Assembly (NCBI GenBank): GCA_048013815.1
Contig: CM106586.1
Span: forward strand, 13,330,001 to 13,394,000
Length of the DNA stretch: 64,000 nucleotides
Direction: 5' to 3'
Source: Setoptus koraiensis
Lineage: Eukaryota; Animalia; Arthropoda
Shown piece after piece: positions 21,921 to 35,038 of this stretch (position 1 is the stretch's first letter; the number at the start of each line of letters is the position of its first letter). Both the position numbers and the translations under genes were made by a program. Under the pieces are notes generated by a model that was not told the origin of the DNA, made no database searches, and worked only from the letters and a program-made list of their open reading frames with translations.

Positions 21921-24201
21921 ATAACATGTAATAGCTGGTGGCATGCAAGCTGATATTTCGTATAATAACAATAATGAATTCAAATATTTAAATTCATGCT
22001 CCGGTGAAAATTGCCAACGCATGCCGGCCTCACAGGCTCTCGCTCGCGTATCGCACACTGTGGGCGCGCCAAGCGACTAACCCGGCGACTAATTGCCATG
22101 ACTTGCGCCGGCCTATTATGTAACAATATGCAGCTTATTATGTAACAATATGCCAGTATTAATATTCATAATATGCGCGCCGCGCCGCGCAGAGTGATCT
22201 AGTTACCTGTGCGCCGGCTCATCGTGTGCGCTATTGAACGGCGTTGTTGTTGCCGCTGTTGTTGCCGCTGTCGTTGTTGCCGCTGTCGTTGTTGGCGCTG
22301 TTGTTGTTGGCGCTGTTGCTGTTGTTGTTGCGGTCGTTGTTGCTGTTGGGGCTGGCCGGCATCGGACAGTGTGAGAGATGTTGCAAATTGAATTAGCGTC
22401 GCTCACTCATCCACTCAGCTGTGCCATTCACCTGTTCTAGTCAGCTGAGTCAGGCGGCGTTGTGAGTGTTGGGTAAATTGTTTGCTGTTACGCTCAATTT
22501 GTTGTAAAAAATGCCGCTCGCTTGCTGCACACGAACTGCATCATCATCATCATCATATCACTGCATCGCACACAATCGCTCGTCCGCCGACTATTGCGTC
22601 ATGCAATGCACACTCAACAGCAACAACAGCAACATTGCATAAACACATTACATTATTATTAAATACGCACACACACAGGTGAATCCATCTACGAGGTGTA
22701 GTGACGCAACAGGCCTGTCTCCTGTCGCCAGTTGCCTGCCGCTGTTATGACTGCAGACGCATAACAAACTATTATTCAGCATCGCATTTTATCCGCTGGC
22801 TGCTCTATTTGAATCATTTATCAGCCAGAGACGGTCTCACCTTTCCGGTGCTCGGCTGGCATTCGAGCCAGCAAAACTTCTCTGATGGCCGACGATTTCT
22901 CGCTTGTGCCCGCGACCACGACGGGCCACGAAGGTGCCAACAGGTGGCAACATGCACTTGTTAAATTTGCTCCGTCGTCGTTGTTGTTGTTTCTGTTGCG
23001 CTGTTGTTTATGATCGGGACGACGTTTACAACAGCGACAGCAACAACAACAGCGGCAACAACAGCAGCGGCAACAACGGCACCAGCAACAACAACAACAG
23101 CGCCGAGAGCCGCTGCTCTACAAGACAAATTATTAATTGATTTCATTCATCATCGTTCATCGGCAATGTGCACCTCGGGCCACTCACCACACGACTGGCA
23201 TTTTTCACTTTGCTTGCGCTCGCCTCGCAACTCTTGTCAGTCAGACCAAACTGTGCTCCTGTCGGCATGAGCACCACTGCACCATTGCACCATCGCGTCA
23301 TTGCACCACGGCACCAATGCGGCGGCGCATGGCCAGTTACGTAAGGTGCAATGAAATACGTCGCGTATAGTGATAGTAGCGGGCGATGAGTGAGCGACGA
23401 CAACAACAACGACAACAACGACAGCAACAACAACAACAACAACGCCAGCAACAACGACAACAGCAGCATCGCGGCACAACGAATGCAAATCGCTCGATTG
23501 TAACTGTAACAAATGGCGCTCGCAAACATTGTGAGTCACAATTTGTGACGCTGAACGGGCCAAACAATAGCGGCCTATATCGAACAGGATGTTGCTCAAT
23601 GTCAAGCTCTATAGGGTTGAGACAGGGGCAAAAACACTTGTCGAAAGAACGTTCTCTGGCGGGTTGTTTCTCTTTCGTTTCTGGTTATAGGCGAATAAAG
23701 AAATCTGTGAGCGGCACGATCAACAAGTGACCGTGATAACGCTTCAGTCACGACTTTATAAATGCTAATGTCTCAATTAGCTATCCGGCAATCAGTTGGC
23801 TGGCTCGCCAGCGAACAGCGACCCCGGCCGAGCCGGCGAAGCTTTCGGACCGAGTCAGCCAACGAGCCATTGTAGCTGCGTCGTGAGCTGTTGTGATGGC
23901 ACCCAATTGTAAGCGAAATTTCGCGTTTTGAAGTGAGCATCGGCCAGCCGATTTGTTTGCAGAGTTGTTTGTATGCGTTATTACAAACAAATGATGGTGC
24001 TCATTGAGAATCAATTGGCGAGGTGTGACGAGGTGTCACCTGTGTTCAACTGTGACAAATTGTACAAAATCCTCTGGCTAGACTGTTCTGGCAAGACCGC
24101 TTTGGCGAGACTGGCCAGCATTGGAGGGGACATTCGTGCGGTGGCCGTCAGACTGCACTGCTGTCGTGGCTGATCGCAGCTTGTCCACTTGGCCATCAAT
24201 T

Positions 24202-24226
24202 TGCGATCAATCGGTTTCGTTTGTCG
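24202..24226 (+). repeat. Left 25-bp direct repeat (target-site duplication) TGCGATCAATCGGTTTCGTTTGTCG
   Basis: Identical to 24704-24728. Confidence 0.95.
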
Positions 24227-24555
24227 ACAATAACATGGCCGACAATGAATTCGGGGCCAGCAGCCGGCAGCCAGATCAAATGGCGCTGCCGAGCGAATTC
24301 CGAGCCGGCCGGCTCACTGGCTCACTGGCTCGCTGGCTCACTGGCTCGCTGGCTCACTGGCTCGCTGGCTCACTGGCTCGCTGGCTCGCTGGCTCACTGG
24401 CTCACTGGCTCGCTGGCTGGCTGGCAGCCGAAATTAGATTAAATATTAGATAACCAGATCTACTGGATAGATTAGCCGGCCGCTTGCGTCGGACTGCTGA
24501 CTGCTCGCGCTCCGGCTAATCGGTAGCCGCCACTTGTGTTGTTGTAACGTAATAA

Positions 24556-24606
<51 letters not shown>

Positions 24607-24708
24607 AATCACCAAAGGCGAGATTATGATCTAATTCTTGTTGTTTTTCGCACAACAATTACATAACAACAACAGCAGCAACAGCCAGAAAGGGCAACAA
24701 CTATGCGA
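24224..24708 (-). repeat. Inserted inverted copy (485 bp) of 19275-19646
   Basis: Reverse complement of the donor with expanded (TG)n and 8-mer repeats, flanked by exact 25-bp direct repeats. Confidence 0.97.
24559..24604. repeat. (CA)23 microsatellite
   Basis: Read directly; lies inside the inserted inverted copy. Confidence 0.9.
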
Positions 24709-24728
24709 TCAATCGGTTTCGTTTGTCG
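24704..24728 (+). repeat. Right 25-bp direct repeat (target-site duplication) TGCGATCAATCGGTTTCGTTTGTCG
   Basis: Identical to 24202-24226. Confidence 0.95.
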
Positions 24729-26439
24729 CTGGCGCTTTCGTGCGCCAAGCGTTTCGTCTCGTACTCGTCTGATGACAGTTGGCCTCGTTGTCGAGAGAAG
24801 AGGCAAGACAAGACGAGACGAAGAAGAGAAAAAGGCGAGAAAAAGACGGGAAAAGTGCGAAAAAAGACGAGAAAAAGACGAGAGGAAGCCATATAAATAA
24901 TCTTTTCAGTGTGGCTGTCGTCGCTATTTAGGAGGCACGTTCATTGTTGTCGAGTGTGCAAATATTGTGACAATATGCGCGCTGTCATCGATTGCAGCAG
25001 TCCAGTCATTGATAGTGGCCGATGAGTGCGACACAACGCAATCTCTCCTCGGCATAATGGACCAGAGTTGTTTTGGGCAGTGAAAAGCGAGCCGCTGAAA
25101 AGAAATTCTTTTCGACGGCGATTCGTTTCGTTCGTTCAGTTCTTTTCGGCCGCTTTGTGGCGATTGTTGGCGCTGAGTTGCTGCTAAAATTCAAGTTATT
25201 AATAGATGGACAGACAGCGCATATGAAGCGCATATAATGAGACATGAGTTAGACAAGTGGAATTTGCACAAAAACAAAACCATGCAGACACCTACAAAAG
25301 GAAACACTGCAACCTGTTGCTCGCTTGCAACCTGGGCAGCGTCGCCTTGTGTGTCGATCGGACGGCGACTTTGGCACTTTGCACTGATCGAGCACTGATA
25401 ATATGTTCGCACCTCGCAAGCGGGCATATTATGGCAGCAAACGAGCTGGACACAATCATCATTCTTCATTCCGATCGTTCTCACTCTAATTCTTTTCAAT
25501 TCTTTAGAAAAAAATTCTTTTCACTGTCTGCTCGCTCGGCAGCGAGTCTTGCTCTCGAGCCTTTGAAACTGTTGGTCCTTCGAGCGGCGAAACCTTCGAG
25601 CGGCGAAACCTTCGAGCGGCGAACCATTCGAACAGCGAACAGCGAGCGGCCGAACGGGCCAGTCGGGCTTCTTTCGGCCAGTGATGATATCAGCGCTGAT
25701 TGCTGTGTGCATTTACGACACTGGCCTCACTAATGGTCAGTCGTTGGCCAGTGACTGTTTGCCACTGAAACGATTTGACGTGATCTGATTTAATTAACAG
25801 GCACTGGCTTCCCGTTGGCCGCCGTTCAACTCCGGCTGGCCAATATTTGTCTCGCCGTCCATTTAGCGCCGCATCAATTCATCGAGCGTCGTCGTCTCGT
25901 GTCCTTGTTATGACGGCCACTCTAACCTCCGTCCAGCCAGCCATCGGCAACATCAATTTGGCCAGCCGTCCAGCCCTGTCCAGCGTCCAATGTCCAGCGA
26001 TATCGTCGTGGCCGTCGTCGCCGTCGTCGCAAGTTTATTTATCGTCGCAAGTCGCAGTTCGCAGTTGAGTTTGCATACAGACCAGACTTGGCCAGCCGCG
26101 CACACTTACGCAGGCATACGCAGCGAGCAGAAAAAGAAGCTTCTCGAGTCGACAATCTCGACGGCGAAGCTCTCGTTGGCTCGCATTTCGTCCACGCTTG
26201 CGGATAAACTTGTGCCAATACAATCGCCGGCTCAACTTGTGCGCGCCAAACACAAATTCGACGGAGGCAGACACACGGCGCGCAAGAATCATTTGCAGAC
26301 AAATTTATCCACAAAGTTTAACAAGCGTGATCAATTTCGACGATAACGAGCTCTCTCTCTCTATTTTGCCTCGGGCCGCGAAACGTTTGACGCGCTTCTT
26401 GGGCTCGACATTCACTCGACCACTGCCCCTGCACTCAGG

Positions 26440-26525
26440 CCTGCCCTCACCTGAGCTCGCCTGCCCTCGCCTGCCTCACCTGAGCTCGCCTGCCCTCACC
26501 TGAGCTCGCCTGAGCTCACCTGAGT
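26440..26525. repeat. Compound tandem repeat with four CTCACCTG sites
   Basis: CACCTG at 26448, 26477, 26497 and 26517. Confidence 0.85.
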
Positions 26526-29500
26526 TGTGCCAGCGCAGTTGGTGCCGTTGACACCGCGCTCGACAAATCTTGTGTCGAGACGATCTTGCCTCAGACCTCA
26601 GATCTCATTTCGGACGATCGGCTGAGCTCGGTCACGCTGCCCGGCAGCGGCTTCCGGCACGAGAATCGGCCCGCTGCCGGCCCGCCACTTGTTGCTCGCC
26701 CTGTGCCATTGCGGCGACACGCGAGCCACTTCCGGCGGCGGCGGCCGGCATCGCCGTGCAATCAGAGAGGGGCGCAGCGGCGCCGATTGAGTCGTCACAC
26801 CGACCGTCTTGAGTTATCATCGGCACTGTCGGCCGGAACAATGATTGAGATGTGCGTTGTTTGTTATTGGTCGGTGCGTTACTCCCAAAAATACAATGGC
26901 CCGCGAAATGGCTCGCGAAATGGCCTGCGAACTGGCAAACTGGGATGGGGTCAGCGTTGCCGCTGGAAATTGAAATCGGAGCCTTAGAATGGCGAAAGAA
27001 TTGAATGCGTCAGCCGTTGGTCGGACGTCTCAAACAATGGACCGCGACACAATGATAGATCGGCGAGCTAGATGGATCGGCGCCATTAGCTGGAGTTAGC
27101 GATTTGCCAAGAGAAGCGCCGACTGGCCGCTTGCGTCGGCCCGCTCACATCATGTCCGACTGCTGGCTGGATATTGAGCAACCAAGGCTAACCACCTATA
27201 TACAATTTGTATAATACAAATGATGATATTAGCGGCGATGGGATCTCGCTAGAATGAATGAATAATTATCGATGGTACCGCACCCGCTCGCAACGACAGC
27301 GCCGGCAACCAGCGGCCACAGCAACGACGACGGCAGCAACAACAAGTGCATTGTTTGGCGAGAGGGCACTGCATTAGCGAGCACTCGAGTGGACAGAGAT
27401 GGCACAAACAGAGAGAGAGAGAGAGTGGATAATTAATAATGTCGGCATCGAGCGAAAGAAGCATCAACAAAGAGAAGAAGCCAGCGGCCGACAGCGACGA
27501 CCGACAAGAAGAAGTCTCAATTTTGTTCTCGATTGAGCGCGCAGCAACAACAGCAACAACGGCAACAACAAATCACAATCATAAACTGTATGCAAATGAG
27601 CGAACAAGTTGCGTATCCATGACTGTTGGTGGTTGCGCTCATCACCGAAACCGCATTCGAACAGTTCGCAAGCTGCGAGCAGCGAACTGCGAACTGGCAA
27701 CGGCGAGCCGGCCCGAAATTCGAGATTCGCCATTCGAAATTCGAAATTCGAGAAGAGAGCAGACGCGCAAACGGACCATGCGCAGCGAAAAACAAATGAA
27801 ACAAAGAACAAAGATTTCCATTCTTGTTCGCTTGATTGAAACTTTATTATTACTCACTTATTACTTATCATTACATAACACACAATTACAGAGAGACGCG
27901 CCACACTCACTTGCGAGCTTTGTTAGTGCGGCCGCGGCCGGCAAATTGCTGCTGCTAACAATCGACCAAATCAATTATCTTTAATAATCTTGTTCAACAT
28001 GATCAATTAGGCACACACAATGCTCTTGACCACCATCTTCGAATTCGCCATTCGTCCAGCACACGCTCGCTCGAATTGGCGCCATTCTCATTCTCGTTCG
28101 CATTCGAACTCTCATTCGAATTCTCGTTCGAATTCGAATTCGCACTCGATTCTATTCTCGTTCGAGCCGGCACACTTACTTACTTACACCTGTTGCTGGT
28201 GCACACACAATCGGGCACACGGTGCGCCGTTTGATTTGCTTGCAATCAATTGCAGGATTGTGCGCGGCGCGCAATCAGAAACATTGCACATGATTGCTCA
28301 TCTCAGTGATGCAGTCAGTCTATTGAATTCTAGCAGAATTCAATAGACTGTGCCACACGGCCAAACTCATTATCTCTCCAATTATTGTTGACTTCATTAG
28401 CGACTCGCCTGTCGTTGTTGACTGTATTAATTTGTTGGTCGAGATGCTGTGCGCGAGATCCTGTGAGACATGCAAATTCTTTTCTGTGCCCATCCATCAC
28501 TCGCGCACCTACTATTTGCACATGAATCGGTCGCATTGTTGCGCTGACATGGGCTGCGATGGGCGCCCCATCGCATAGCTCGGACATTGTCCGGCGCGCT
28601 CGTGACGCCATCATCTCGTCAGACTTTGCGGCTTTGAGGCTCTCGCATGACTCTCACATGATATGACAGCTCAATGAATTGGCTCATTAGTGGCGCTGGC
28701 CAGGGTGCACACAGCTGACAACGAGTCACGGCCGGCAATTGGACGCATCAACTTAAGCGGTCTCGACATAATGTTGTGGTGCCGGCAACCATTCAATTCG
28801 GGCCGAGCGTGACCGCGCAGTCACGACTCGTCGGGCCGCCAACGATCGGGCCGCCAGCAATCGGGCCGGCGGCGATCGTGGCGCCGTTTGCGTTGCGCAA
28901 CAGGCCACTTGGCGCTTGCTGCAGCACAGGCTTGCGACTTGCCATCGGTAATTGGAGCAAACAGGGCGCTTGTGTGAGCTATGAGCCGAATCCATGAATG
29001 GATTCGCGTGCCACTCGCTGCCCGTATAATACGGGCCTTGTAATACGGGCCTTATAATACGGGCCGTATTGTCGGTTGCCCGTTGGGCGTCGCTCCGCGA
29101 GCGGGCGGACGGGCCAACAAGCGGCCGTGGCGGGCGCGCAGCGACGGTGAACGGGCAACCAACAATATGCGGTGTGCCCGGTCAGTGTGCCACAATTGCT
29201 GGTTCACAAACGGCGGCGGCGGCTCAAGTTGCCAGCGGCCGTGAGAGATGCCAACAGTGATAATGAGCGCTCGTCAAGTGCTCACAAGCCACAAGCTAAA
29301 CGTATGTTTATATGCGTTCCATTCAATTAAGTTTGATTTGACAACGACAGCCAGCTGATCCGATTCTTGCCATCGGGCAAACTGACGCAAGCAAGCGCAC
29401 GACGACGACGACGACACGCCGAAATGTCTACAACTCACTGACCATCATCTCACCTGTGCGCAGAGCGTGTGTCCACAAACAATCCACAAGTGTGTCCACC

Positions 29501-29917
29501 GACACACACACACACACACACGGGCAAGAATGTGGCATTTGTGTGCGCTCACCTTGATACAATAAGCCACTCAAAGTCAACAGGTTGCCCGCTCCAATTG
29601 TCGGTGCTGCCGGCGGGCTTGCCCGACGGCCGGCCGACCTGTCGTTGCTGTTGCTGTTGTTGCCGTTGTTGTTGTTGCTGTTGTTGCTGTTGCCGGTCAG
29701 CCGAGCTGGCAGTGGAGTGGCCAAATCGCGTCAGGTGACGACGAGCAGTAGTCGAGTCCGCGTGCAGTGAGCGCGCCGAAAAACAAACCACTGACCACCG
29801 ACCAGCGGCCATTGGTCTGTCAAACAAATAAACTCACCTGTCACAATCGCCGCACTTTGCGCCAGGTGAGGTGGGCGTGCGGGCCGAGCTGTGGGCCGGC
29901 CGGCCGGCCGTTCAACG

Positions 29918-29997
29918 TTGCACAACATTGCACCACATTGCACCACATTGCACAACATTGCACCACATTGCACAACATTGCACCGCACTGCACAACA
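29918..29997. repeat. Tandem 10-mer (TTGCAC(A/C)ACA) x ~8
   Basis: Read directly from the sequence. Confidence 0.9.
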
Positions 29998-32900
29998 AGG
30001 CCGCTCAACGGCGTGTGCAATGTTGCGCAATGTTGCCGCTGTCCGGTCATTAGCAAGTGTCAGTGGTCATCATCTCGTTACCAACTTGCGCCCGTTAATG
30101 TCAGTTGTGTGTGTGTGCGCTGATAATTGGCGCACACAAACACTTGTAACTCGCAAGTCATGAGCCGGTGAATACTGCTCAACATTTCACACCTGAGATT
30201 GTCGGCCCGAGATATTCGCGGCCCGATATCAGCGATATTCACAAGCAAATATCGCGCAGCAATCAAGTTGCTCGACCGATTTCATCGGGTGCTCTCATCA
30301 ATTCATGAGGGCATTTGCCAGCGTCACAAGCGTTTAGCAGCATCCGGTGACGTTGAGCCATGACGCAAACAAGCAGCGTTTGTGTCATGGGCGAGGGGGC
30401 CAAGTGAAAAATTCTTGGAGTGGCGCCACATGCGCGCTTGTTTCGGATGAGCGAGAAAAGAAAAGAGCCCTAAAAAAGGGACAAAACTGCGCTCATCGCG
30501 CCGGATAGCTGTGCCCGTGTCAGCGATCTTTTGCTTCTTTTCATCGTTTATTTGGCGGGTTTAAAGCGTCGACGGTGTCCGTGGGGCCCAGATATGTCAG
30601 CGGGGTATAAACATATTTGAGGTTAGGTAGCAGCGCACTGACACACCCACTTGTCAATCAGTTACATCCGCTTGTTTATTACACGCGCTCGACTGTGCGC
30701 CCGACTCTGCGGGCCTTTTGGCGTCTACGCAAACTCGCTCGTACCCTGTCTTGCGCTGGGCACTGCCTTTGGGCAACCGGGTATTTTGGTGTTTCGGAGT
30801 GACGTAATGGTGCCTGTTGGCAAAGCGAATGTGCCCACTATTGTCTATGTGTTTATGTGTAAAAGTTCACGTGCGCAAAACAATATTCACACATCTGAAA
30901 AGAACGTCTAAAAAGAATATCTAAGAAGGGGGGGGGGATTTATGGGCAGTTACGCGCGACTCGCACGGTGCGAGGTATAGGCAGGTAGAGAGCGTTTGAT
31001 GCGAGTTGTTGTTGTTGTTTGCTGTTATTGTCAGTGTCGTTGTTGTTGTTTGTGTAGTTGCCACTAAATGTGTGTTATTGCTGTGTGCGCAGATAAACAA
31101 CGAGTTGTCGTTGGTGGTGCCAGCAACATCAACAGCAACAGCGCCAGACAAACAAGCTGGCGAGGAGCTGCCAGTTTTGCGCTTACGTCAGGCCCATTTC
31201 AGGTGAGCTCACTCGCCGTGAGCCGGCTTGTCGGCAGCATTGTTACACGCCCGAAGATACCTGTTCACCTGTTCACCTGTGCGGCTTGCCGGCGCTTGTG
31301 CGAGCTGTTTGCTGGCTCGTTTGTGAGCTCGGCGGGCTCGGCGAGCGATCGGGCCGGTCGACATCAACAAATGCGAACGTTTCTCTGTGAGGCTGGCGTT
31401 AGAGAGCGACGCAATAGATAAAACTATAATCATTAGAATTATAATTACAATCATGTGTGCATAATGAGTAAATATTTATAGCAGCCGCGGTATTGTGCGC
31501 GGTCGGACAGTCATTTTTTCTGCGAATTGCCGTCGACGAGCTGCAAATGAAATATTATACTTAGTTTGCCAGCGAGTGTGTGTGTGTGTGTGTTGTAATC
31601 AGCAGTCGGAGCGGAGAAAAGAGCCAGCCGAGATACGAGCGATAGAAGCTGCTGCTGCTGGCTCGCCAAAATCAGCAGCAAATCACTATAAAACGCACTA
31701 ACGTCATGCGCAAACTCTATCTCGCGAGCGCCACACACAGGTGAGCCAAACAGACCGACAGACGGACGGACAGACAAACAGAAAGCCATAGAGACAGGTG
31801 AGCGAGACAGTGGTTGGCTTGACGTCAGATGCCCAGCGAGCGCTGCCTTCCCCTTGTCTAGTTTCGCTCCAGTGGCAACTCGACAGGGGGCAGGCATTGC
31901 GCACGCTCAGTAGCGTCCAGGTGAGACGAAAACACTTGTTGTTGTCGTTGTTGTTGCTGCTCGATTGTTGTTATTAGTTAGCAAGTGGCGGCAGTTTGCA
32001 TTCGACTGATTCGCTGGCTGGCTAGCTGATTCGCGAATTTCTTTCTCGCTGCGCATCTGATCGCAAGCCGAACATCGCTCATTCGTTCGAAAGCGACAGC
32101 AGCTCGCATCTTTCGCCAATTGATCGCATTTCAACTCACTGTAAGCGCGTGCCCACTCATCACGACAACCACAACCAACAACAACAACGAAAACAAACAG
32201 CAGCAGCAACAACAACATCCAGACAAAACTGACACAACACGCGCGAGACGGCACGACAAGTGCAACAGTCTGCTCAACAAGTGACAATCGCCGATTCGAA
32301 TCACTGTCAGACTCCGACGAGATACGACACAAAATAAATTCCATTTCGACACGCCAACACACACCGAGAATCGCAGCATGAAGCACGTGTCCAGTGATCT
32401 ATAAGACCGCCAAATATTTGCATACACAATCAACAATAAGACTGAAAAGGAGTAATAATACAATAATCGCCAGTGAGCATCAAGTGAATTTGTGACACAT
32501 CTGCAACAATAGCCGCGCGTGAATAGCCACGTGTGAATAGTTCGTCCGTCCGGCTCGGCTGGCGCACTCTCGACAGGGGCCCGGCCTCTAATCTGTTTTG
32601 GGGGTAAGTAAAAAGTGACTGTTTGCTGACACAAACGAACACAAGTGACAAGTGCGAAATGGGCTGCCGCAAATTTGATTGTCGACGCCAGAAATCAGCG
32701 GCCAGCCATTTCAATTTGTCAGCTGGCGGCCAATTGAAATGGCGGCCAAAACAGTGGACAGGTGAGTGGCTCGCCGCTGATCGCTGACCTGTCCACTGGC
32801 TGTGAGAGTGTCTCGTCAGAGCGAGTTCAGCAGGTAGTTAAAGGGTTATTTGTGAGCAAACATAGCACATACAGCCAGACACAGTTGGCCAGCAAAGAGC

Positions 32901-33132
32901 GTGAGAATTTTCACTGAGTCGACGATGATTATAATGATTGTTTGCTCAATAAATATCCAACTGTCCGTCAGGTGAGTGTGTGTGTGTGTGTGACTTACCT
33001 GTGCACGGCTTATGTTACATAAGCGACTCGAAGTGTTGCTTGTATCGCCACTTGAGTTGTTGCGCTTTGAGTGGCTGGTCTTGTGGCTGGTTGCTGCCGG
33101 CTCGCCGATATGTCGGCTTGCGATCGGTCATT

Positions 33133-33197
33133 TGCGATTGCTCGATGCGATTGCTCGATGCGATTGCTCGATGCGATCGCTCGATGCGATCGCTCAA
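33133..33197. repeat. Tandem 13-mer (TGCGAT(T/C)GCTCGA) x 5
   Basis: Read directly from the sequence. Confidence 0.9.
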
Positions 33198-33813
33198 TCA
33201 GGCGGCGAGCGATCGATGAGCAAGTAGATCACGATTGGCCGTTGCGTGATTTACATGTATTACGGCCTGGTTGGCCGTTGGCACGAAGCAACAATCAGCG
33301 CAAAATATCCGGTGTGCTGTTGTGTTGTGGTGGCCAAAACACAGGGCTCATTTTATCGGAAACTTATCGGCTCGAGCGGCTCGAATGTGTGCCTTTGTGT
33401 CGTGCCACAAGCAACTGTTTCGTGCCACATGGCCCCATGCCAACAGCCCGAAATAATGCCCGAAATAATGCTAGAAATAATGCCCAATCTATCACACGGC
33501 CACGACACACACAGTGAGTGACCGTGAAAGTTTGCCAAACGAGAGCATGCCGATCTTATCGGACAATAAACACACAGACAGTCAAAATAGATTAGCGATC
33601 GATGATTCATTGCGACCGCTCACCTTGGCCGCTCGGGCAGACGCGACGCGCCGCATCATTAACTTCTCATTAACGAGTTCATTATTCTGTTCTGATTCGC
33701 TCATTCATTCACTGGCAGCAGCAGCAGCAACAATAAGGACATAACAACCAGGATTTGCATAGCGGCAAATAGAGACGCTGAGCGATTAGTCAGTCCGGCA
33801 TTTGCGTCTATAT

Positions 33814-33880
33814 ACAACAACAGCAGCAACAACAGCAACAACAACAGCAACAACAGCAACAACAACAGCAACAACAACAG

Positions 33881-33921
<41 letters not shown>

Positions 33922-33924
33922 CAA
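33814..33924. repeat. Non-coding (CAA/CAG)n tract upstream of the dei-like gene
   Basis: About 110 bp of mixed AAC/AGC triplets with no supporting ORF. Confidence 0.85.
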
Positions 33925-34554
33925 CAGGTGAACGGCTAAGCGGATTAATAGCTCATCGTCATTGTTTGGGTCGTCTGTTTGGCTAGCATTGGCTGGCTGG
34001 ATTAGCCCTGGCGGGCGCTAAGTTTGCGAATTGCTGTTTTATAATAATAGCCATGGCTCCACCTTTTGATTGAGCTTAGCCACAACTACCTGTTGGCCAT
34101 GTTTGTTTGTCTTGCCAGCCCATCCAAGGTCCAGCGGTTGTTTGGTTTGCGTTGTTGCGCAACCAGCACTTTACAATTGTATTAAGCAAATATTGACTAT
34201 TCACCGACAGACTGGCCGCCATTGAGCACGGCAGCAATTGGATCACACGAAGCAGCAATTGTTGTTGTGGTCGTTGTTGTTGTTGTTGTTGTTGTGTCGG
34301 AAGCAACAACAGTTATCAGCAGCAGCAGCAGCAGTCTATTTTATATTCACGCAGAGAGATTGTCGCACAAATATTCACACACACAAATATTCACACACAA
34401 AACAAAGTGTTACAATCAGCAACGATTAAATAACAAACATACAAATATCGCCACCGGAACAGGAGCGAGTCAACACACGAATTGCATAACACTGACATTG
34501 AATCAACACAACAATATATCGCAACAACAATTAAAACATACAACAAAACACAAA

Positions 34555-35007
34555 ATGGACGCCGTAGAACAGCGCCCCCTTCTAGATCAGCTGGGCAGTT
34601 TGTTTGATGAGCAAACGTTCATTAGTGATCTACTGTTAGACGAGGTCAACAATCATACGTCATGTAACGACCAGCACGACCACATGAGCCACGTTGTTAC
34701 AAGCTGCTGCTCACCTGTCACAAGTGCCTACTGTGACGACGACGATGTCGATCAAATGTTGGCCGGCCTAATGAGCGTTCACGATTCTCACCACCTAAAC
34801 CACATTCACAGTAGTATTCACCATAGTCATCATCATCACAATCATAATCATCATCATCATAGTCATCATCATGCCGATCTTAATCTCAATCTTAACAGAG
34901 TGGGCGAGCATGACGCAACAGCAACGGCAGAAGATGACCTCTATGAGGAGCTGAGGTTCTTGAAGGAGCCCGAAGACGACGAGTCCATGACGAGGGGCTC
35001 GCCACCG

Positions 35008-35038
<31 letters not shown>

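Larger units (their letters stand above)
13600..34550. promoter_or_regulatory. Large non-coding region upstream of the dei-like gene; probable enhancer landscape
   Basis: No credible ORF; track ORFs here are repeat-derived or use non-ATG starts. Enriched in CAGGTGA and TT(A/G)CG(C/T)AA motifs. Confidence 0.55.

Noticed and set aside
27700-28160. TTCGAA/GAATTC-rich stretches as heat-shock elements
   Set aside because: Spacing does not give three contiguous alternating nGAAn units; better explained as slippage repeats.
32900-32907. Su(H) site CGTGAGAA (also 16097-16104, minus strand)
   Set aside because: Only isolated sites, compatible with chance; no paired-site architecture.
34222-34554. 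In-frame upstream extension of the dei-like ORF
   Set aside because: Starts at TTG with a poly-Val repeat translation; the first ATG is 34555 and a likely splice acceptor lies at 34354.
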